DNA of 64,000 nt. Origin: Deltaproteobacteria bacterium (lineage in GTDB: Bacteria; JAGRBM01; JAHCIT01). Shown in pieces: positions 41,191 to 51,276 of this stretch. The translations under genes and the position numbers were made by a program. Location: the NCBI GenBank assembly GCA_026129095.1, contig JAHCIT010000013.1, positions 1 through 64,000 on the forward strand, given 5' to 3'. Each line of letters starts with the position of its first letter. The first letter of the stretch is position 1. Below the pieces are notes generated by a model. It was not told the DNA's origin. It ran no database searches and saw nothing but the letters and a program-made list of their open reading frames with translations.

Positions 41191-42996
41191 ATGCCGATCA
41201 TAAGACTGCCAGATACCGTTGTCAGCCAGATCGCCGCTGGCGAGGTGGTCGAGCGGCCGGCAAGCGCCCTGAAGGAACTGGTCGAGAATGCCCTCGATGC
41301 CGGGTCCACCCATCTCGAAATCGGACTGGCTGCGGGCGGGAAAGAACTTATCCGGGTCTCCGATAATGGCAGGGGGATTCCGCTGGAAGAACTACCGGTC
41401 GCGCTCGAACGGCATGCGACCAGCAAGGTGCGCCGGGTCGAGGATCTTCATTCGATCACGACGTTCGGTTTTCGCGGTGAGGCGCTTCCCTCCATTGCAT
41501 CGGTTTCCGAGTTCCTGATCGAGAGCCGTGCCGCTGGCGCAGAAGTGGGCGGCAGGATAGAGGTCAGCGGCGGGGTACTTTCACCGGTAAGACCCGCTTC
41601 CCGGCCGCCTGGAACGGTGGTTGAGGTGCGTAACCTGTTTCTGCCGGTTCCGGCCCGGCGGAAGTTCCTGAAAAGCGAGACGGCGGAACTCCGGCGCTGC
41701 TGCGAAGTGATCGATGCGGTTATTTTCAGCAGGGAGGATGTGGGTCTCAGGGTCAGCCACGACGGCCACGAATCGTATAACGTCCCGTCCCGTGCGACAC
41801 TTGAAGACCGTGCGGAAGTGGTATGGGGCAGGAAACTGCGTGGGCAGCTTCACTCTCTCGACTGGGAGGGAATGATGCAGGGGTCGGTACCGGTCCGGGT
41901 ATCGGGGCTTCTTTCCGGGCCCCGGCAGTCCAGCCCGGCGGCGCGCAGCATCTTCCTCATGGTGAACGGCAGGCCCATCCGGGACCGGGCGCTCACTGCG
42001 GCCGTGACACAGGCTTACCGCGAGGTACTCGTTGAGCAGCGTTACCCCTTTGCCGTGATCCGGATCGAACTGGACCCGGAACGTGTCGATGTGAATGTTC
42101 ATCCGGCCAAGACCGAAGTCCGGTTTCAGGATCCGGGCGCGGTCTTTTCGGCTGTTCACCGGGCGGTAAAGCACCTTGTCGAATCGGCTCCGTGGAACCG
42201 CGAAGGGGAGAAGCCGCTGCCTCTCTCGCCATGGAAAAGGCAGGCCGGGGTTCAGGACAGCGGGCAGTTGCAGCCGCCATCACTGCCCCAGATGCCGTTA
42301 TCTGACGGCTTCGCGGCCTTCGGATACGCCCGCCGGGGAAGCGCCGCTCCGGCAGTGGTGCTGGAAGCGCAGCCGGAACCCGCAGAGCCCCGCAAGTCCA
42401 GGGGGCGGTTCGGTTCGCTCGACGTGATCGGGCAGGTCCGGAATGAATTCCTGCTCTGCCAGGACGGAGAAGCGCTCATTGTCATTGACCAGCACGCGGC
42501 GATGGAGCGGGTCGCATTCGAACGTCTCCGCCGGCGTTTCGATCCGGATGCAAAACCGGCATCCAGGCAACCGCTGCTCGTTCCGGAGACTGTCGAACTG
42601 TCGCGCCCGGAACTGGCGGCCGTGGTGGAAGGGCGGGCCGTACTGGAAAAGCTCGGTTTCGAGTTCGAACCGTTCGGTCCTACGACGGTCCTGCTCCGGT
42701 CGGTCCCGGCGATCTTTGGTCGCCGTCAGCCATCGAGGCTTTTTCTCGAAATTGCGGGCGACCTTGCCGACGAAGGGGTGGGGGGGGCTGACCGCGAAGC
42801 CATCGACCAGCTTTGTGCCCGCATGGCCTGCCACGCCGTGATCCGTGGTCCGAGGCCGCTTTCCCCGGAGGAACGGCAGGCTTTTCTGGACGAGATGGAC
42901 GAGGCCGACTTCGGCGCCCACTGTCCCCATGGCCGCCCCGTTTACTTCGAGATACCGTTTGTCGAAATCGAGCGGCGCTTCGGGAAAAAGGTGTGA
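41191..42996 (+). CDS. mutL: DNA mismatch repair endonuclease MutL
   Basis: QIAAGEVVERP, KELVENALDA, GFRGEALPSI, DVNVHPAK, endonuclease motif DQHAAMER..FE, clamp motif QPLLVP and CPHGRP. Confidence 0.97.
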   Translation: MPIIRLPDTVVSQIAAGEVVERPASALKELVENALDAGSTHLEIGLAAGGKELIRVSDNGRGIPLEELPVALERHATSKVRRVEDLHSITTFGFRGEALPSIASVSEFLIESRAAGAEVGGRIEVSGGVLSPVRPASRPPGTVVEVRNLFLPVPARRKFLKSETAELRRCCEVIDAVIFSREDVGLRVSHDGHESYNVPSRATLEDRAEVVWGRKLRGQLHSLDWEGMMQGSVPVRVSGLLSGPRQSSPAARSIFLMVNGRPIRDRALTAAVTQAYREVLVEQRYPFAVIRIELDPERVDVNVHPAKTEVRFQDPGAVFSAVHRAVKHLVESAPWNREGEKPLPLSPWKRQAGVQDSGQLQPPSLPQMPLSDGFAAFGYARRGSAAPAVVLEAQPEPAEPRKSRGRFGSLDVIGQVRNEFLLCQDGEALIVIDQHAAMERVAFERLRRRFDPDAKPASRQPLLVPETVELSRPELAAVVEGRAVLEKLGFEFEPFGPTTVLLRSVPAIFGRRQPSRLFLEIAGDLADEGVGGADREAIDQLCARMACHAVIRGPRPLSPEERQAFLDEMDEADFGAHCPHGRPVYFEIPFVEIERRFGKKV

Positions 42997-43940
42997 CCTT
43001 AAGGGCGGCTGTCATCTCCGGCCCCACGGCGGGTGGGAAGTCGCTACTCGCGCTGACTGTGGCGCGGCTGGCGGAAACACGGAAGAAGCCTGCCGTCGAG
43101 ATTGTCTCGGCTGATTCGGTGCAAGTCTATGCCGGATTCGACATCGGATCCTCCAAGGCTCCGGCGGCTGAACGGGCATCCGTTCCCCATCATCTGGTCG
43201 ATATCCGCGATCCGAAGCTCGGCCCCGCTGCGCGCTATACGGCGGCAGAGTTTCTCTCCGATGCCGTCAGGACGATCGGCGAGATCAGTGGGCGGGGCCA
43301 TACGCCGCTGGTGGTGGGCGGTTCGGGGCTTTACCTGAGAGCGCTTCTCAAGGGACTCTCCGGCGCGCCGCCCGTCCCGGAGGATGTGCAGGCGGCGCTG
43401 GAACAGGAGGCGGATGAGCGCGGACTCCCGGCGCTCCGGGCGGAACTGGAAACGCAGGATCCCGTTACCGCCGGGATCGTGAAACCGGGCGACCGGCGCC
43501 GGATCCTGCGGGCGCTCGGGGTGTTCAGGGTCACGGGTAGGCCGCTAGGCGACTGGAACCGGGAGCACGGCTTCAGGGCCCGGCCCATCGAGGCGCGGGT
43601 TTTCGTGCTTTCCCCGCCCCGCGAGGAACTCCGCCGCCGGATTGCGGTGAGAACCCGCGAGATGCTGGAGAGGGGCCTTGTGAGCGAGGTGAAGAACCTG
43701 CTCGCCAGCGGGGTGCCACAGGACGCGCCACCGTTCGAGGCGATCGGCTACAAGCAGGTTCTGAAACATCTTGCCGAAGGCGCCTTTAGGGGACCGGGCG
43801 AGCTGGAGGCAGAAATCACTCTCCGGACCCAGCAGTATGCCAAGCAGCAGGTTACCTGGTGGCGGAGCGAAACGGACGTGGAATGGGTGGACCCTGCGGC
43901 CGTGAGCCTGGAAGCACTGGCGGAGAGGTTCCCCGTCTGA
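42993..43940 (+). CDS. miaA: tRNA dimethylallyltransferase
   Basis: GPTAGGKS, SADSVQVY.G.DIG, HHLVD, VGGSGLY, AIGYKQ and YAKQQ.TW; GTG start overlaps the mutL stop. Confidence 0.95.
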   Translation: MTLRAAVISGPTAGGKSLLALTVARLAETRKKPAVEIVSADSVQVYAGFDIGSSKAPAAERASVPHHLVDIRDPKLGPAARYTAAEFLSDAVRTIGEISGRGHTPLVVGGSGLYLRALLKGLSGAPPVPEDVQAALEQEADERGLPALRAELETQDPVTAGIVKPGDRRRILRALGVFRVTGRPLGDWNREHGFRARPIEARVFVLSPPREELRRRIAVRTREMLERGLVSEVKNLLASGVPQDAPPFEAIGYKQVLKHLAEGAFRGPGELEAEITLRTQQYAKQQVTWWRSETDVEWVDPAAVSLEALAERFPV

Positions 43941-44022
43941 TCCGCTGCCGGCATTCTCTGCCGTTTGGAATTGTTCGCACCGCCCGGATACAGTCCGTTA
44001 TCCGGTCCGTTAGGGAGCAGGT

Positions 44023-45156
44023 GTGCCAGCGAAACGTTCAGGGAGCAGGAAGGAACAGAGAACCGGCGCGAATGCTTCGGGGCCGAAAAATGGCGTGCTG
44101 GACGGCCTGCGACGCGAGATCGACGCCATTGACGATCAGGTTCTTGCGCTCCTGAATGCCCGGGGACGGGTGGTCCAGAAGGTCGGCGAATACAAGCGCG
44201 AGCAGGCAACCCATATACACGTGCCCGAGCGGGAGCGTCTGGTCCTGGATCGGCTTTTCCGGCAGAACACGGGGCCACTGTCGAACCGCGCCATTGAGGC
44301 CATTTACCGGGAGATATTTTCGGCGGCGATCTCGCTGGAGCGGGAAATCAGGGCGGCCTATCTCGGGCCGGAGGGGACATTCTCCCACCTGGCGGCCCTC
44401 AGGTACTTCGGTTCGTCGGCGGGCTACTTGCCGCAGCCGGCAATTGATGATGTGTTCCGGGCTGTCGAACAGCAGCGCGCCGACTATGGACTTGTGCCCC
44501 TGGAAAACTCCACCGAGGGAACCGTCACCTATACGTTCGACCGGTTTGTCGATACGCCGGTGAAAATATGTGCCGAGACCTACGTCGAGATACATCACCA
44601 CCTGCTGTCGACAACGGGCGATTCCGGAAAGATCCGCCACATCTATTCGTTCTCGCAGCCGTTCGCGCAGTGCCGCCAGTGGCTCGCCAGGAACATGCCC
44701 GGTATCGAGATCCGGCCGGCGACGAGCAGCGCGAACGCTGCCGAGCTGGCCGCCGGTGACCCGAAGGCGGCGGCCATTGCCAGCGAACTGGCGGCCGATC
44801 TCTACGGACTGAAATATGCCGCCCGCCGGATTGAAGACCTGAGCCAGAACGAGACCCGGTTCGCCGTGATCGGCCTGCAGGAGACAAAACCCACTGGCCG
44901 GGACAAGACGACGCTCGTCTGTTCGGTGAAGGATGAACCCGGCATCCTGTTTCGGCTTCTGCAACCCGCCGCCCGTGCGAAGATCAATCTTTCCAAGATC
45001 GAGAGCCGGCCCTCGCGTACCCGCAAATGGGAATCGGTCTTTTTCTTCGACCTGATGGGCCACGCCCATGACCCGAAGGTGTCCCGCGTACTTTCCCAGA
45101 TGCGCGCCTGCTGCCAGCTCTTCCGGGTGCTGGGCAGTTATCCCGCTGCCCGGTAG
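44023..45156 (+). CDS. pheA: Chorismate mutase / prephenate dehydratase
   Basis: LRREIDAID, YLGPEGTFS, PLENSTEG, NETRF and ACT domain INLSKIESRP. Confidence 0.95.
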   Translation: MPAKRSGSRKEQRTGANASGPKNGVLDGLRREIDAIDDQVLALLNARGRVVQKVGEYKREQATHIHVPERERLVLDRLFRQNTGPLSNRAIEAIYREIFSAAISLEREIRAAYLGPEGTFSHLAALRYFGSSAGYLPQPAIDDVFRAVEQQRADYGLVPLENSTEGTVTYTFDRFVDTPVKICAETYVEIHHHLLSTTGDSGKIRHIYSFSQPFAQCRQWLARNMPGIEIRPATSSANAAELAAGDPKAAAIASELAADLYGLKYAARRIEDLSQNETRFAVIGLQETKPTGRDKTTLVCSVKDEPGILFRLLQPAARAKINLSKIESRPSRTRKWESVFFFDLMGHAHDPKVSRVLSQMRACCQLFRVLGSYPAAR

Positions 45157-45247
45157 GTGGAGAATGCCACCCGTTTGCCCCACCGGTACCCCCGTGCTAC
45201 GCGAGGCTGCCCGGAGGGGCGCCTCCCCGCCGCGGGGCGATATATCC

Positions 45248-46351
45248 GTGATCGAAATTCCCAAAAATATCAGTGAGTTGTTGCCCTACGTTCCAGGCAA
45301 GCCGGTCGAGGAACTGGAACGCGAACTGGGCCTCCAGGAGATCATCAAGCTGGCCTCCAATGAGAACCCCCTGGGGGGTTCACCCAAGGGGGTGGAAGCT
45401 GCCCGGCGGGCGCTGGAATCGGTTCAGCTTTACCCGGACGGTTCGGGCTACCGGCTGAAGCAGAAACTGGCAACCCTTCATCAGGTTGCGCCGGAACAGA
45501 TCGTCCTGGGGAACGGCTCCAATGACGTTATCGAAATCGCCGCCCGGACGCTGCTCACCCCCGGCACGACAGCGGTCATGTTCCGCCATGCCTTTGTCGT
45601 CTATCCGCTGGTGACCGGGGCTGCCGGTGCCGGACTGATTGAGGTTCCGGTCGAAGATCGAGGCGGTTTCCGGCAGGAGATGGACCGGCTTTTGGCGGCG
45701 ATCCGGCCGGACACGCGGATCGTTTTTCTGGCAAATCCCAACAACCCGACCGGTTCAATGGTGGGCCGGACGGACTTCGATGCTTTCGTGGCGAAACTGC
45801 CGCCTCACGTGCTGCTGCTCGTCGATGAGGCATATGCCGAATACGTCACCGATTCCGACTACCCCGATCCCTGGCCGCTGGTCCGGTCTGGCTGCGAAAA
45901 CATCCTCGTGACGCGGACGTTTTCCAAGATATACGGACTCGCGGGTCTCAGGGCGGGCTATGGCGTGACCAGCGCAAGACTCGCCGGATTTCTGGAGCGG
46001 GTCCGGCAGCCGTTCAACGTAAACTCCTGCGCACTGGCGGCCGCCGAGGCTGCCCTGGACGATACGGGGTTTGTGCGCCGCTCCCGTGACCTCAATACCC
46101 GCGGGCTCCAGATGCTCCGCGACGGATGCAAGCGGCTGGGGCTGGAAGCCACGCCTTCATGGGCCAATTTCGTGCTGGTCCGTATTCCCCGCCCGCCGAA
46201 AGCCGTGTATGAGGCGATGCTGAGGGAAGGGGTGATCGTCCGGCCCGTGGGGGTCTACGGACTGGACGAACATCTCCGGATCAGCGTGGGCGAAGCGGAC
46301 CAGAATATCCGCTGCCTGAAGGTTCTCGAAGAGGTGCTGAAGCGTGTTTGA
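45248..46351 (+). CDS. hisC: Histidinol-phosphate/aromatic aminotransferase
   Basis: YVPGKP, KLASNENP, GNGSND, NPNNPTG, DEAY and RTFSKIYGLAGLR. Confidence 0.95.
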   Translation: MIEIPKNISELLPYVPGKPVEELERELGLQEIIKLASNENPLGGSPKGVEAARRALESVQLYPDGSGYRLKQKLATLHQVAPEQIVLGNGSNDVIEIAARTLLTPGTTAVMFRHAFVVYPLVTGAAGAGLIEVPVEDRGGFRQEMDRLLAAIRPDTRIVFLANPNNPTGSMVGRTDFDAFVAKLPPHVLLLVDEAYAEYVTDSDYPDPWPLVRSGCENILVTRTFSKIYGLAGLRAGYGVTSARLAGFLERVRQPFNVNSCALAAAEAALDDTGFVRRSRDLNTRGLQMLRDGCKRLGLEATPSWANFVLVRIPRPPKAVYEAMLREGVIVRPVGVYGLDEHLRISVGEADQNIRCLKVLEEVLKRV

Positions 46352-47207
46352 ACGGGCGCTCATCGTGGGCGTGGGCCTCATGGGCGGATCGCTGGGGATG
46401 GCGATTCGCCGCAAGGGTCTGGCGAAGACCGTCGTGGGGCTGGGCCGTTCAGCCGACAAGCTCAGGCGCGCGAAGGAACTGGGCGCCATCGACGAATACG
46501 GAACCGGGATCGGAGACGTGGCCGACGGCTGCGATCTCGTCGTCATGTGCACACCGGTTGAACTGATACCCGATCTTGCCTTCGATGTGGCGGGCGACCG
46601 CGTGTTCCCTGGCTGCGTCTTTACCGATGTGGGCTCGGTAAAGGGGAACCTGTGCGCGTATCTCGACAAGCGGATGCCCGCGCACACCCCGTTCGTGGGT
46701 TCGCACCCGATCGCCGGGGCGGCCGAGGCGGGCGTCGAACATGCCCGGGCTGATCTCTATGACGGCCACGTCTGCATCATCACGCCGACACCCGCCACCG
46801 ACGCCGCCGCCAAGTCGAAGATTACCGATTTCTGGAAGCGGATCGGCATGCGGGTCGAGGAGATGAGTCCGGCCGAGCACGACGCCGTGCTGGCCTCGAT
46901 CAGCCACCTGCCGCACATGATCGCCTATGCACTGTTCGATGCCGCCCTGGAAGCCGATAAAATACGTGCGGGCGCGCTCCAGATGGCGGCCGGGGGCCTC
47001 AAGGACACCACCCGGATCGCCCAGAGCCCCGGCGCCCTGTGGGCAAGGCTGCTCACCGAGAACCGTGATGAGGTGATGAAATCCCTTGGACGGTTCGAGC
47101 AATCGCTGGGGGAAATCCGCAGGCTCGTGGAGGCCGGAGATATCGGCGCCCTCTCGGCCCATCTGGAGCAGATCGCTGCCAGCCGCCGCAAGCTGGGGTC
47201 GTCATGA
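46344..47207 (+). CDS. tyrA: Prephenate/arogenate dehydrogenase
   Basis: GVGLMGGS, TDVGSVK, HPIAG, HD...A.ISHLPH and DTTRIA. Confidence 0.93.
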   Translation: MFERALIVGVGLMGGSLGMAIRRKGLAKTVVGLGRSADKLRRAKELGAIDEYGTGIGDVADGCDLVVMCTPVELIPDLAFDVAGDRVFPGCVFTDVGSVKGNLCAYLDKRMPAHTPFVGSHPIAGAAEAGVEHARADLYDGHVCIITPTPATDAAAKSKITDFWKRIGMRVEEMSPAEHDAVLASISHLPHMIAYALFDAALEADKIRAGALQMAAGGLKDTTRIAQSPGALWARLLTENRDEVMKSLGRFEQSLGEIRRLVEAGDIGALSAHLEQIAASRRKLGSS

Positions 47208-48514
47208 GCTCGGTCACGCTCAAGCCGGTATCGAAGGTCCGCGGCGAAATCGCGCTGCCAGGGGACAAGTCGGTTTCCCACCGGTCGATGATGTTCGGTT
47301 CGCTGGCCGACGGGGTGACCGAGGTGGATAATTTCCTCGAATCCGAGGACTGCATTGCCACCCGTCGAGCCTTTGAGCTCATGGGAGTGCGGATTGAAAC
47401 CCCCGGTCCCGGCCGCGTGACGGTGCATGGAGCCGGCGTTGATGGCTTGAGAGAACCAGCCCAGACCATTGACGTGGGAAACTCCGGGACGTCGATCCGG
47501 CTGCTTACCGGAATACTCGCCGGGCAGCATTTCCGCTCACGCCTCGATGGCGATGTGTCGATCCGCCGCCGTCCGATGAAGCGGGTTGTTGAGCCCCTGA
47601 GAAAAATGGGCGCCATCATCACGGGGGAAAACGACGGCCAGAATGCACCGCTTGTGGTCGGCCCCCTGCCGGCGGGAGTCAGCCTCACCGGTATCGACCA
47701 TGTTTCTTCAGTTGCGAGCGCGCAGGTGAAATCCGCGATTCTGCTTGCGGGGCTTTTTGCCAGTGGTGTTACCAGCGTGAGCGAGCCGGCGGTTTCACGG
47801 GACCATACCGAAAGGATGTTTGCCCACTTCGGGGTCAAGCTGAAGCGTTCGGGGAAAAAGGTCTCCATTGCCGGAGGGCAGCGGCTTAAGGCCGCCCCGG
47901 TGACGGTGCCGGGGGACATATCTTCGGCCGCCTTTTTCCTGGTGGCGGGGCTTCTCGCAGGCGAGGGGGAACTGGTGCTGAAGAACGTCGGTGTGAACCC
48001 GACGCGCGACGGGATCCTGGCGGCACTGGAACGCATGGGCGCCCTGATCGAACGGCTGGACGAGCGGGTCCAGTGCGGAGAGCCGGTAGCCACCCTGAGG
48101 GTCCGTCCGGCAAAGCTCAAGGATGCACAGATCGGCGGCGCGCTCATTCCCCGCCTGATCGACGAGGTGCCGGCGCTGGCCGTGGCGGCAGCCTTCGCTC
48201 ATGGCCAGACGGTGATCAAGAATGCCGAGGAACTCCGGGTGAAGGAGTCCGACCGGATCGCCACGATGGCCGAAGGGCTGCGCGAGGCAGGCATCAAGGT
48301 CCAGGAGACGAACGAAGGGATGAAAATATTCGGCGATCCGTCGCACCGGGTGAAGGCTACCCGGTTCAAATCCCACGGCGATCACCGGGTGGCAATGAGC
48401 CTGTCGCTGCTCTCGCTGCGCGCCGATGAGCCGATCGAAATCGACGATACGGACTGCGTGGCCACCTCATTCCCCGGCTTCTTCCGGCTGTTCGGGGAGG
48501 TCACTTCTGCGTGA
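47204..48514 (+). CDS. aroA: 3-phosphoshikimate 1-carboxyvinyltransferase (EPSPS)
   Basis: PGDKSVSHR, GNSGT, RPM.R, ASAQVKSA, SRDHTE, ELRVKESDR and DHR.AM. Confidence 0.97.
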   Translation: MSSVTLKPVSKVRGEIALPGDKSVSHRSMMFGSLADGVTEVDNFLESEDCIATRRAFELMGVRIETPGPGRVTVHGAGVDGLREPAQTIDVGNSGTSIRLLTGILAGQHFRSRLDGDVSIRRRPMKRVVEPLRKMGAIITGENDGQNAPLVVGPLPAGVSLTGIDHVSSVASAQVKSAILLAGLFASGVTSVSEPAVSRDHTERMFAHFGVKLKRSGKKVSIAGGQRLKAAPVTVPGDISSAAFFLVAGLLAGEGELVLKNVGVNPTRDGILAALERMGALIERLDERVQCGEPVATLRVRPAKLKDAQIGGALIPRLIDEVPALAVAAAFAHGQTVIKNAEELRVKESDRIATMAEGLREAGIKVQETNEGMKIFGDPSHRVKATRFKSHGDHRVAMSLSLLSLRADEPIEIDDTDCVATSFPGFFRLFGEVTSA

Positions 48515-49176
48515 GCCGCCGCCCTGTGGTCGCCATCGACGGCCCCTCCGGTGCCGGAAAGAGCACGGTCAGCAAGGCGGTCGCCCGGCGGCTGGGGTAT
48601 GTCTACATGGATACGGGCGCCATGTACCGGGCGGCTGCTCTGGCAGCGATCCGGGCCGGTGTGGATGTGGCCGATCCCGTGCAGGTAACGAAACTGGCCC
48701 CTGCTCTCGATATCCGTCTTGAGTCCGGACCAGACGGCCTTCGGACGATTCTGGGTGGAGAAGATGTGTCCAGCCTGATCCGGACCCCGGAAATCAGCAT
48801 GGCAGCCTCCACAATCAGCAGGCACCAGCCGATTCGTGACCGCCTGACGGCTCTTCAGCGCCGGATGGGCGAAAAGGGCGGCCTTGTGTGCGAGGGGCGG
48901 GATATGGGGACAGTGGTGTTTCCCGACTCCCCGGCCAAGTTTTTCCTGTCAGCCTCTCTTGAAGAGCGGGCCCGCCGCCGTTTCCGCGAACTGAGGGAAA
49001 AGGGCGAATCCGTCACCCTGGAGGCAACGATTGAGGAAATGCGCCGCCGGGATGAGCAGGATTCCAGCCGGGACATCGCCCCGCTGAAGGTGGCCCCCGG
49101 TGCGGTCGAAATTGACTCCTCCAGCCTGACGGTGGATCAGGTCGTGGAAATCATTTTGCGACGGGTGGACGAGTAG
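48511..49176 (+). CDS. cmk: Cytidylate kinase
   Basis: IDGPSGAGKST, DTGAMYR and EGRDMGTVVFP. Confidence 0.97.
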   Translation: MSRRPVVAIDGPSGAGKSTVSKAVARRLGYVYMDTGAMYRAAALAAIRAGVDVADPVQVTKLAPALDIRLESGPDGLRTILGGEDVSSLIRTPEISMAASTISRHQPIRDRLTALQRRMGEKGGLVCEGRDMGTVVFPDSPAKFFLSASLEERARRRFRELREKGESVTLEATIEEMRRRDEQDSSRDIAPLKVAPGAVEIDSSSLTVDQVVEIILRRVDE

Positions 49177-49404
49177 CCTTCCTTCGGATAGAACCTTGGG
49201 GCCAGGAACCGGCCAGTCCCTTCAAACTGGCTCCGGTCCGGTCGCAAAGCCCGATAAGGGCAAATCCGAATGCCGGCCAGGAAATCCAGTTGAGAGTGCC
49301 CGGGGAGGCAGGGCCGCTCGCACTTGATTTCAGCGTCCTGGATAAGGTGATTATGGAAGGGGCAGGAAGTCCCTTCCCGAATAAGGTGGTCAGTGTCAGT
49401 CGTT

Positions 49405-51222
49405 ATGTCAGCAGATGAGAAACGGTCACAGGGCAGCAGCGGTGGCGGAGACAGCTTCGCCGAACTGTTCGAAAAAAGTGTCGCAGCGGAGAGCATTCGT
49501 CCAGGCGAGGTCGTCACGGGGACGGTCGTGGCCGTTGACGGCGATGAAGTCATTATCGACATTGGATACAAGAGCGAGGGCCGTGTCCCGGTCTTCCAGT
49601 TCACCGATGATGGCGGCAAGGTCATTGTGCAGCCCGGCCACAAGATCCGGGTCATGGTCGAGGATCTCGAGGACCAGGGCGGATTCGTGCGCCTCTCGAA
49701 GGAGAAAGCCGATCGCCGCCGTATCTGGGATGAAATACAGGAGGCTTTTGAAAAGAACCTCGTGGTTGAAGGACGGATCACCGGACGCGTGAAGGGCGGC
49801 CTCCAGGTCGACATCGGTGTGAAGGCATTCCTGCCCCAGTCGCAGGTGGATCTCCACAAGGTTCGCAACCTGGATCCGTATCTCAACAGCAAGGAATCCC
49901 TGCGGTTCAAGATCATCAAGTGCAACAAGGCCCGCAACAATGTGGTGGTGTCCCGCCGTGATGTGCTCGAAGTAGAGCGCGAGGTGGAACGGAACCAGAC
50001 CCTGAAAACCCTTGAGGTCGGCTCTACCATTACTGGCAAGGTGAAGAACCTCACCGACTACGGCGCATTCGTGGACCTGGGCGGAATTGACGGTCTGCTG
50101 CACATTACCGACATGTCGTACGGCCGGCTCAACAACCCGGCTGAACGGGTGAAGGTCAACGAGGATGTGACCGTGAAGGTCCTCCGGATTGACCATGAAA
50201 CCGACCGGGACGGCAAGGACCGTTACAAGGTAGCACTCGGTCTCAAGCAACTGGAGCCCGATCCCTGGTCGGACGTGGATTACCGGTTCCCCATTGGGAC
50301 CAAGGTCAAGGGCAAGGTGGTTTCCGTGGTGGATTACGGAGCCTTCGTCGAAATCGTCGAAGGAGTCGAGGGTCTCGTCCATTTCTCCGAGATGACATGG
50401 TCGAAGAAGGCCAAGCACCAGCATCCGTCCAAATTCATCAAGGTCGGAGCCGAGGTCGAGGCCGTCATCCTGTCCATTGACAAGAACAGCCGGCGCATTT
50501 CGCTCGGCATGAAGCAGCTTCTCAAGAATCCGTGGGAAGAACTGGCCACAACGCACCCGGTGGGTTCGATCATCGAGGGCAAGGTCAAGTCCATTACCGA
50601 CTTCGGCATCTTCGTCGAGCTGAACGACGAAGTGGACGGTCTTGTCCATGTGTCGGATATCTCGTGGACCAAGAAGGTGAAGAATCCGGCGGAGATGTTT
50701 ACCAAGGATGAGGTCATCAAGGCCAAGATCCAGTCCATCGACGTGGACAACGAAAAAGTATCCCTGTCGATCAAGCATCTGGAGTCCGACCCGTGGGGAG
50801 ATTTCAAGTCCCAGTACCGGCGCGGGTCCATCATCGAAGGCGTGGTGAAGTCGATCGCCGATTTTGGCGCGTTCGTCGAGATTGTCGAGGGAGTCGAGGG
50901 TCTCATCCGGACCAACGAGATATCAACCGAGCCGGTCCGTAATGCCGGCGAAGTGGTGAAGATCGGCGACAAGATCCGCGCTGAAATCACTTCCATTGAT
51001 GATAACGAGCGCAAGGTTGGCCTGTCGGTCCGCCAGATGGAGATGAACGCCACCAAGGCTGACATCAAGAAGTTCATCGAGACTCAGGGCAAGGCAAGGG
51101 CCAGTCTCGGCGACATTCTCGCCGATCGCATCGCCGAAAAGGCGGCTGCCAGCCAGCCCGCTACGGAAGCTGCTGCGGCCGAACCGGAAGCTTCCGGCAG
51201 CGGCAAAGAGAGCAAGGAATAG
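49405..51222 (+). CDS. rpsA: 30S ribosomal protein S1
   Basis: DIGYKSEG, AFLPQSQ and repeated S1 domains (DYGAFV..G..GL.H); start 49393 or 49405. Confidence 0.97.
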   Translation: MSADEKRSQGSSGGGDSFAELFEKSVAAESIRPGEVVTGTVVAVDGDEVIIDIGYKSEGRVPVFQFTDDGGKVIVQPGHKIRVMVEDLEDQGGFVRLSKEKADRRRIWDEIQEAFEKNLVVEGRITGRVKGGLQVDIGVKAFLPQSQVDLHKVRNLDPYLNSKESLRFKIIKCNKARNNVVVSRRDVLEVEREVERNQTLKTLEVGSTITGKVKNLTDYGAFVDLGGIDGLLHITDMSYGRLNNPAERVKVNEDVTVKVLRIDHETDRDGKDRYKVALGLKQLEPDPWSDVDYRFPIGTKVKGKVVSVVDYGAFVEIVEGVEGLVHFSEMTWSKKAKHQHPSKFIKVGAEVEAVILSIDKNSRRISLGMKQLLKNPWEELATTHPVGSIIEGKVKSITDFGIFVELNDEVDGLVHVSDISWTKKVKNPAEMFTKDEVIKAKIQSIDVDNEKVSLSIKHLESDPWGDFKSQYRRGSIIEGVVKSIADFGAFVEIVEGVEGLIRTNEISTEPVRNAGEVVKIGDKIRAEITSIDDNERKVGLSVRQMEMNATKADIKKFIETQGKARASLGDILADRIAEKAAASQPATEAAAAEPEASGSGKESKE

Positions 51223-51228
51223 GAAGCA

Positions 51229-51264
51229 GCAGCGGGCCGTTCACTACCGGCCCGCTGCCATTTT
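51229..51264 (+). terminator. Intrinsic terminator-like hairpin after rpsA
   Basis: Perfect 11-bp stem GCAGCGGGCCG / CGGCCCGCTGC, 8-nt loop, followed by CATTTT. Confidence 0.6.
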
Positions 51265-51276
51265 GGAGAGCCGGCA

